Positions 25,896-32,000 of a DNA stretch of 32,000 nucleotides are shown here, piece by piece. The position numbers and the translations under genes are program-made. The stretch covers positions 1,620,001 to 1,652,000 of the forward strand of contig FP565575.1 in the NCBI GenBank assembly GCA_000091165.1, in the 5' to 3' direction. The notes beneath the pieces are model-generated. The model ran no database searches, had not been told where the DNA came from, and worked only from the letters and a program-made list of their open reading frames with translations. This DNA comes from Candidatus Methylomirabilis oxygeniifera (GTDB lineage Bacteria; Methylomirabilota; Methylomirabilia; Methylomirabilales; Methylomirabilaceae). The stretch's first letter is position 1, and every line of letters starts with the position of its first letter.

Positions 25896-26102
25896 ATGAA
25901 CAAGCATTTATTGCGCGTCGATGAAGCGGCGATACTGCTGAGCGTCAGCCGTTGGACCATTTACCGTTGGGTGCAGGAGGGTCGATTGGAGGCGACCAAG
26001 GTCGGGAAAGGGAGTCTCCGCATTTTTCAAGCCTCTGTAGCTTCGCTGATCGAGCAGAACCGAACCTTGAGCAGGGATCCGGTTAATTGCCATAACGGTT
26101 AG
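25896..26102 (+). CDS. excisionase/MerR-type helix-turn-helix DNA-binding protein
   Basis: MNKHLLRVDEAAILLSVSRWTIYRWVQEGRLEATKVGKGSLRIFQASVASLIEQN. Confidence 0.85.
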   Translation: MNKHLLRVDEAAILLSVSRWTIYRWVQEGRLEATKVGKGSLRIFQASVASLIEQNRTLSRDPVNCHNG

Positions 26103-26247
26103 CCGTCCGGAGTAGCTCCTGGCGGTTGGAGCGCCAGTCTCCGATAGCGACGTAAGTGTGGAGCATTTTGTAGCAGCAGTGAGCAGGCGTCTGTAGACAC
26201 GCTCGTCCGGAGAAAGTAAAAAGAGCCATGCACTATTTTCCTCTTCT

Positions 26248-26613
26248 GTGTCGTCGGCTGAAGGAGACGGAGCTGGACCCGTGGCGCTCGTGAGTCGACC
26301 ATCCCATGAAGCTCGGCCTCTGAGGCCTCTTGCGGTATCAGCGCTCTGTCTTTATCTGCTGCTCAATGTATTCCTCATCCTGTGCCTGGTCCATCCCCAT
26401 AATACCCACCTCCAAGGCCAGACAGATAGTCATCCCGGCTCTGTCTGTGAGTGGGTTCACAAAACCGTCTCTCCCCATGTGCCATCGTCAGGAGTCTCCC
26501 TGCCGTTGGCGGCGACTGTGCTGCTCGCCTGCCTCCCGGTGCTGCGGCGTACTTCTGAGCCCTGCCTCATCCGGCTGACCGGCCGTTCCCCACCCCTGCT
26601 CGCCTTCGCGTAG
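26248..26613 (+). CDS. small membrane protein, paralogue B
   Basis: LYLLLNVFLILCLVHPHNTHLQGQTDSHPGSVCEWVHKTVSPHVPSSGVSLPLAA...LTGRSPPLLAFA. Start uncertain (GTG at 26290 possible). Confidence 0.75.
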   Translation: MSSAEGDGAGPVALVSRPSHEARPLRPLAVSALCLYLLLNVFLILCLVHPHNTHLQGQTDSHPGSVCEWVHKTVSPHVPSSGVSLPLAATVLLACLPVLRRTSEPCLIRLTGRSPPLLAFA

Positions 26614-26738
26614 CTCTTTCCACTCGATTATTCGACCTGTACCACCAACGTTATCTCGCTTGAACTCGTGCGCCTGGGCCTTACTCAAGGCCGGCGATGA
26701 ACAAACGATCCGAGAAACCGGAAGCGTTCTACAGCGAT

Positions 26739-26791
26739 GTCGGGTTACGCTGCGCTAACCCGACCTACGGCTGAACGCTGATGGCTGATCG
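26739..26791. repeat. palindrome plus copy of the MITE-like end sequence
   Basis: GTCGGGTTA (26739-26747) / TAACCCGAC (26756-26764), followed by GCTGAACGCTGATGGCTGATCG (26770-26791), 19/22 identical to GCTGAACGCTGAAAGCTGATCA at 25829-25850. Confidence 0.7.
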
Positions 26792-26844
26792 CGTTGCGGA
26801 ACCGAAGGGATCCTTGACCATATACGCACGTGAGGGAGATAGAA

Positions 26845-27447
26845 ATGTCTGAACTTATTGCGCTTCTCATTAAAGGGGGACCGGTCATGATCCCCCTCCT
26901 CTGCTGTTCGATCACCTCGCTGGCCGTAGTCATCGAACGAGGACTGTTCTGGTGGCGCCTGCGTCCCTCCGGGGAGATGGAACATCTGCTCATGCTGGCG
27001 TCGGCCGGCAACTGGGAGGATGCGCACAAATTCGGCGAGCTGTCCCGCTCTCCGGTAGCGCGCGTCCTCGCGGCCGGGATCCGTCATCGGAACCCGGCCC
27101 CCACGCTGGCGATGGAGGCCGCCGCCCATGAAGAGCTGACCCACATGCGGCGCTACCTACCATTACTCGATACGGTCATCACCTTGTCGCCTCTGTTGGG
27201 TCTCCTGGGCACCGTCACCGGAATGATCGGCAGCTTCGGGGTCATGGCCTCCGGCGGCATCAACCAACCCCACGCCATCACCGGCGGGGTGGCCGAAGCG
27301 CTCATCGCGACCGCGACGGGCCTTGGGATCGCTATTGCTACCTTGGTCCCATACAACTACTTCACAACGCGGGTCGAGCGGATCATGGGCGACATCGAGC
27401 GCTACGGCTCTCGCCTGGAGCTGGCCCTGAAGGAACCCCATCGATGA
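26845..27447 (+). CDS. exbB: ExbB/TolQ/MotA-family proton channel protein
   Basis: GGPVMIPLLCCSITSLAVVIERGLFWW, LGLLGTVTGMIGSFGVMASGG...ITGGVAEALIATATGLGIAIATLVPYNYF. Confidence 0.93.
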   Translation: MSELIALLIKGGPVMIPLLCCSITSLAVVIERGLFWWRLRPSGEMEHLLMLASAGNWEDAHKFGELSRSPVARVLAAGIRHRNPAPTLAMEAAAHEELTHMRRYLPLLDTVITLSPLLGLLGTVTGMIGSFGVMASGGINQPHAITGGVAEALIATATGLGIAIATLVPYNYFTTRVERIMGDIERYGSRLELALKEPHR

Positions 27448-27863
27448 AACTGCTGCAGCGCCCGCCAAAGAAGGCCCGCATCGAGATCATCCCGCTGATC
27501 GACACGATCTTCTTCCTGCTGGTCTTCTTCATGATGGCGTCCCTCTCGATGGCGGTCTATCGGGGGGTGCCGGTCAACCTCCCGAAGGCGGCCAGCGGCC
27601 AACGCGAGGTCAAAGAGAACGCAGCCCTGACGGTGACCAAAGACGGCGAGCTATTCCTCGACAAGCAGCCGATCGCTTGGGACGCGCTTCCGAACCGTCT
27701 CACAGCCCTGATGACCGCGAATCCGGAGCTGACCGTCATCATCAACGCCGATGAAGACGTCCCGCACGGTCGCGTCGTGGAGGCGATGGATGTCGCGCGC
27801 GGGGCCGGTGTCGGTCGAATGGCGATTGCGGTCAAACCGACAGAGGCGCGCAGGCGCCCATGA
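27444..27863 (+). CDS. exbD: ExbD/TolR-family protein
   Basis: ARIEIIPLIDTIFFLLVFFMMASLSM with conserved Asp in the TM helix; 4-nt overlap with exbB. Confidence 0.93.
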   Translation: MKLLQRPPKKARIEIIPLIDTIFFLLVFFMMASLSMAVYRGVPVNLPKAASGQREVKENAALTVTKDGELFLDKQPIAWDALPNRLTALMTANPELTVIINADEDVPHGRVVEAMDVARGAGVGRMAIAVKPTEARRRP

Positions 27864-28732
27864 CCTCACGCGCTTTTACGCTACCGTTGTTCGCATCGCT
27901 CCTGCTGCACGTAGCCGGGCTCGTCACTGCTCGCCTGACGGCGCTCAGCAGTGACACGCCTGTCCCGACATTGATCCCTATCGAGGTGGTAACGGTGCAG
28001 TCCACGCCGCCTGCTCCCCTCCTCCGACCAAAATCGAAGCCGCCTGCAGTGCGGGAGATCACACCGTCACGACCCATCGAGCAACCTCCTTCTCCCCCCG
28101 CTATCCAATCATCTGCAGAACTTCCGCCGCTACCCCAAGAGCTGCCGCCGAGCCTGCCGCCCCCTTCCCCAACACAAGTAGAGGAGCCACAACCTGCTCC
28201 CGTCATCCCTCTGCCCGCCACGGAGCCGACAGATCCTCCAGGCAACGTGATGGGACCGGTTGCGGTGACCGGCAGCCAAGCAGTCCCCTCCTCTGCGCCG
28301 GCAGAAGGAGGAGAGGCGGGGGCCGGACAGCTCTTTGCGAAGGGCGATACGGCCGTCCTCCCTGGGGCAGGGGCGGGAGGAGGCAGTGGAGGACCCGGTA
28401 AGAGCGGGCTTGGCCTCGGAATGACCGATACCGGCGCCAAGGTGACCGGCCTTCAGCTTGGCGTTGCCAGACTTCGAGGCGGCTACCAGATCAAGCCCCG
28501 ATATCCGGAATCGGCGCGGCGACAAGGCATCCAGGGTACGAGCCTGCTCAGGCTGCACGTGCTCGCCGATGGCGCTGTTGGGGAGGTCCTGGTGGAACGG
28601 TCTGCCGGTCACCCGGATCTCGATAGAGCTGCCGTCAGGGCGGTGAAAAAGTGGCGGTTCGAACCGGCCCGGCGCGGCGGCCAATCTGTCGCCGTACGGG
28701 TAATGCTCCCTGTCCGGTTTGAGTTGAGATGA
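27860..28732 (+). CDS. tonB: TonB-family energy transducer
   Basis: N-terminal TM, long Pro-rich linker, C-terminal PRYPESARRQGIQGTSLLRLHVLADGAVGEVLVERSAGHPDLDRAAVRAVKKWRFEPARRGG. Confidence 0.92.
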   Translation: MTSRAFTLPLFASLLLHVAGLVTARLTALSSDTPVPTLIPIEVVTVQSTPPAPLLRPKSKPPAVREITPSRPIEQPPSPPAIQSSAELPPLPQELPPSLPPPSPTQVEEPQPAPVIPLPATEPTDPPGNVMGPVAVTGSQAVPSSAPAEGGEAGAGQLFAKGDTAVLPGAGAGGGSGGPGKSGLGLGMTDTGAKVTGLQLGVARLRGGYQIKPRYPESARRQGIQGTSLLRLHVLADGAVGEVLVERSAGHPDLDRAAVRAVKKWRFEPARRGGQSVAVRVMLPVRFELR

Positions 28733-28769
28733 CGAGCGATTATGGACGTTCATACAAAAGGAGATAACG

Positions 28770-31112
28770 ATGCAACGATGCGGATGTAAGCGCACCTGCA
28801 GGCGCGCAGCAGCCTTTATGGGACTGGCATCGCTCCTCGCATGGGGCGCCTTCGCAAGTGAAAGGGTCGTCTGGGCCCAGCTCCAGGCCGCCCCGGATCC
28901 TCAGCAGTTAGCTCAGAAGGTGCAGCGACGTCAGGAACTGCTGCGTGAGTTGGAGCAGATCGAGAAGGATCTGGGGATGCCACCCGCCCCTGCTCCACCG
29001 GCGGAGCAAGTGTCGAGTCCGACGCCCGACCAGCCGGTCACCCTGGAGCCGGTTAAGGTGCTCGCCACCAAAATGGAGGAGAAACCGATTGGCCGAACCG
29101 TCAGCACCGTTGAACGGGAGGACATCGAGCACGCGCGAGGCTTCAGCGTCAAGGAGCTCCTCGAGGCTACCCCAGGGGTCTTCCTCAAGGAAGGGAACGG
29201 ACCTCGTGACGTGGGCATCTCTATTCGAGGGTCCGGAGCCAAGCAATCCTTTGCTGTCCGAAACATCAAGGTCTTCGATGACTGGTTTCCAACGACCCAA
29301 CCGGACGGCCTCGCACGGATGGACCTGAACGATCCCCATGCCTATGAAGGGGTCGATGTCCTGCGAGGTCCCTCATCGGCATTTTATGACAACTACGCTC
29401 TCGGAGGCGTGGTGAATTTCCGCACCCGGAAAGGGCGCGACATCCACGGGTTTGAAGTGGGAAATGAGGGCGGCAGTTACGGCTATTCGAATCATTACGT
29501 CCAGATCGGCGATCAACTCGATAAGTTTGAATACTCCCTCTTTGGAAGCCACGTCCGGGGTGATGGGTTTCTAGCCCACAGCAAGTTCAACACCACCACC
29601 GAAAACCTGGTGGCCACCTTTACGCCGGATGACAAGCGATCGATCACGCTGAAGTTTATCAATAACGACCTCGACACCAAGGTGCCAAGCCGCCTGACGC
29701 TGGCGGAATTTCGAGCCGATCCACGGGGCGCAGGGCGCACCTTTGTCACCGGCAAGGGTTTCGTTACCCCCCAGCAGGCAGACCAGGGAAGAAACGATAA
29801 TCGCACGATTGTCGGCGCCCGATACGAACACCAACTGGACCCACAGACCGGGTTCCGCCTTCTGGGGAGCTACGATTATAAGGACATTAACCAGACCTTC
29901 GGAACGATCGGCGACAACGAGAACCCCAGCTTTAATTTCTATGCCGACGTCACCCGGGAAGGGAACCTGTTGGGCCTGACGGCGAAACATTATGTCGGCC
30001 TCTTCTTCAATCGCATCGAGCAGGAATCGAGTAGTTTCTTCAACCTGGCCGACGGTCAGGGCAGCCGCGGCGACTTGCAGGCCAATACCCGGGGGCACAT
30101 TCGTAATATCGGGGGTCGCGTGCGGGAGGAGGTCCAGTTCTCGCCGCAATGGACCGGATACCTCGGGGTAGGCGTGGAGGGCTCGGAGATTCGGGCCGAA
30201 GTCCGATCCCGCAACAGCACGACCGCCCCGCTCAGCAGGATCGAGGTAAGACGTGAATTCATGAGTGTCGCGCCGGAGGCAGGGGTCATCTACCGCGTGA
30301 ATCCGGACCTCCAGCTCCGCGGACGGGTGGCAACCGCTTACGGCATCCCGGGAATCGGCAATCTGACGACAGCCACGACGGGGCTCGCCGGGAACAATAC
30401 CGGCTTGAAGCCGCAGCGGAATGTCGGGGTGGAGCTGGGGTTCGATCTCCGACCCCTGCCGACGGTCACGGCGAGCCTGACCGGCTACTACGAATTCTAT
30501 TTCAACGAATTCATTACACAGTCGCCCGGTGCCGGCCTCTCCTCCTTTACCAGCAACGCCCCCAACGCCGAGCATCGCGGGATCGAGGCGGAGCTGGCTT
30601 GGCGGCCCTTCGCGGGGGCAAAGGTGTCAACCTCATATACCTTCAACGACCACATCTACACAGAGTTCACCGAGAATATCTGCTCCAGTACCACGTGCAA
30701 GAGTTTCGATCGGAGCGGCAATAAGATCCCGGGCGTTGAGCGCCATATCCTGAACGCGAGGATCGCGTATGACACCAGCCATCACAGTGAATGGTGGCGT
30801 GGGGTGGGCGGCTGGTTGGAGGTTAACTGGCTGGACGATTTCTACGTGAACAACAGCAACACGCTAAAGACGTTGCCCTACCAACTGGTGAACCTGAATC
30901 TCCATTACGACCGGGAGGTCACGATCCCATTCGCCCGATCGCTGTCGGCCTTCTTTGAGATTCAGAATCTGTTCGACGCGACGTACATCGCCAGCGCCAA
31001 CGTCGTCGCGGATTCGCTCAGCGATACGCCGGCCAATCTGGCGACATCGAAGCAGGCGTTTTTTGCCGGTCAGCCCAGATCCTACTTTGCCGGCCTTAAG
31101 CTCAGGTTTTAG
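28770..31112 (+). CDS. TonB-dependent outer-membrane receptor
   Basis: Plug domain EDIEHARGFSVKELLEATPGVFLKEG...ISIRG...YEGVDVLRGPSSAFYDNYALGGVVNFRTRKG, C-terminal LKLRF; RBS aaaggaga. Confidence 0.94.
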   Translation: MQRCGCKRTCRRAAAFMGLASLLAWGAFASERVVWAQLQAAPDPQQLAQKVQRRQELLRELEQIEKDLGMPPAPAPPAEQVSSPTPDQPVTLEPVKVLATKMEEKPIGRTVSTVEREDIEHARGFSVKELLEATPGVFLKEGNGPRDVGISIRGSGAKQSFAVRNIKVFDDWFPTTQPDGLARMDLNDPHAYEGVDVLRGPSSAFYDNYALGGVVNFRTRKGRDIHGFEVGNEGGSYGYSNHYVQIGDQLDKFEYSLFGSHVRGDGFLAHSKFNTTTENLVATFTPDDKRSITLKFINNDLDTKVPSRLTLAEFRADPRGAGRTFVTGKGFVTPQQADQGRNDNRTIVGARYEHQLDPQTGFRLLGSYDYKDINQTFGTIGDNENPSFNFYADVTREGNLLGLTAKHYVGLFFNRIEQESSSFFNLADGQGSRGDLQANTRGHIRNIGGRVREEVQFSPQWTGYLGVGVEGSEIRAEVRSRNSTTAPLSRIEVRREFMSVAPEAGVIYRVNPDLQLRGRVATAYGIPGIGNLTTATTGLAGNNTGLKPQRNVGVELGFDLRPLPTVTASLTGYYEFYFNEFITQSPGAGLSSFTSNAPNAEHRGIEAELAWRPFAGAKVSTSYTFNDHIYTEFTENICSSTTCKSFDRSGNKIPGVERHILNARIAYDTSHHSEWWRGVGGWLEVNWLDDFYVNNSNTLKTLPYQLVNLNLHYDREVTIPFARSLSAFFEIQNLFDATYIASANVVADSLSDTPANLATSKQAFFAGQPRSYFAGLKLRF

Positions 31113-31123
31113 GGGAATAGAGA

Positions 31124-32000
31124 TGGTCAGAAAGTCGGGTGTTCCCTCCAATGGACGCGGCAAAGGGGTCAGTGTGCTGAAACGGGAATCAGTCGGATTT
31201 CCGAGTCGCGCGAACGTGACGTCAGGTCCCTCCGGCGTCACCACGGCACCGCTTCGGAAAAAGACTCGCCGGCACCGGAGGGTGACCCTCGTCAAGCTCC
31301 ATAAATGGGTGGGCTTGATTGCAGCCGTCTGGCTGTGCGTGCTTGGGGCAACCGGCTTTCTCCTTGATCACAAGGAGTGGCGATGGATGATGTTTTCGAC
31401 CGTTCCGGAACGACTTGTGCCTGAATCGGTCAAAAGCCTCAGTCGGAATACGATTCAGATCTTCCAGGTCAATCCGGATCGGCCGATGCATCAGGTCGCG
31501 GCGGGAGTGCGAGGGTTGTGGGTCACGGAGGACGGGGCCAAGAGCTGGCAGCAAACACGGGTGATTGGGGATGAGGGCGGGCGTCTTCAAGTCTTTGCGG
31601 TTGAACCGGACCCGGAGTACGGTTGGAATCGGCTCTGGATCGGGACCGACGATGGTGTGTGGATGTCTGCTGATGGCGGCAAGACGCTGGTGAAAGCCGG
31701 GATGGAGGGACAGCGAATTACGGCGCTCACGGCTGGGGCGAGCCATGGGGAGCTGTACGGGGTAGCTGACCGAAGCCGAGTTTTCCAACTGCTCACCGGG
31801 AGACCGAATGATCCGCTCTGGCTTCAATTGGAGACGCCGCCGAACGACGCGCTGCCGTCTGAAATCTCCCTGCGACGACTGATCATCGACCTGCATGTTG
31901 GGAAGGGACTCTTCGCCGAAACCACCTCTCTCCTGCTTAACGATCTGGCCGGCCTCGGTTTGTGCGCCTTGGCACTGAGCGGTGTCTTCTATTGGGGGCT
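31124..32000 (+). CDS. PepSY-type membrane protein with BNR-like repeats (partial, runs off the window)
   Basis: Manual translation from ATG 31124 open to the window end: ...LVKLHKWVGLIAAVWLCVLGATGFLLDHKEWRW...VRGLWVTEDGAKSWQQTR...RLWIGTDDGVWMSADGGKTL...DLHVGKGLFAETTSLLLNDLAGLGLCALALSGVFYWG. Confidence 0.83.

Noticed and set aside
25737-26791. CRISPR array
   Set aside because: Repeated sequences here are palindromes with only one near-copy of a 22-bp end and no regular repeat-spacer pattern; no cas genes in the window.
29571-30575. Long antisense ORF (334 aa, minus strand)
   Set aside because: Lies wholly inside the TonB-dependent receptor gene; composition is Arg/Gly/Pro-rich as expected for a GC-rich shadow frame, with no recognisable domain.

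Overview
32 kb GC-rich bacterial window with many tightly packed genes. Gene content (intra-aerobic/denitrifier-type quinol NO reductase, CopC/CopD, HME-RND efflux, TonB uptake) is compatible with an NC10/Methylomirabilis-like organism, but that taxonomic guess is inference only. Left to right: a glycine-zipper lipoprotein with a strong terminator; a PhnD/PhnC/PhnE/PhnE-type ABC transporter (phosphonate/selenate-like family) whose last permease gene carries an apparent +1 frameshift in a G7 run; a MOSC-domain protein; a secreted hypothetical; a canonical-looking qNOR; a two-part membrane protein; a PIN/RHH toxin-antitoxin pair; the wreckage of a type I restriction-modification island (49-aa HsdM N-terminal stump, an intact Fic protein, and a chimeric ORF joining a Fic_N-like N-terminus to an HsdR C-terminus); a housekeeping block (Mut7-C, fmt, rsmB, PASTA); and a 16-kb metal-homeostasis region (CzcCBA-like RND, His-rich outer-membrane-like protein, CopC, CopD, ExbB, ExbD, TonB, TonB-dependent receptor, PepSY protein). 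Interspersed in the last region are three or four tiny His/Cys-containing membrane proteins, two of which are clear paralogues with a 'CxWVHKTVSPHxPS...GRSPP' signature. Several REP/MITE-like palindromic elements also lie there. No CRISPR array, rRNA or tRNA was recognised. The strongest 'look again' items are the collapsed R-M/Fic chimera and the possible copper acquisition/handling locus with its small-protein family.
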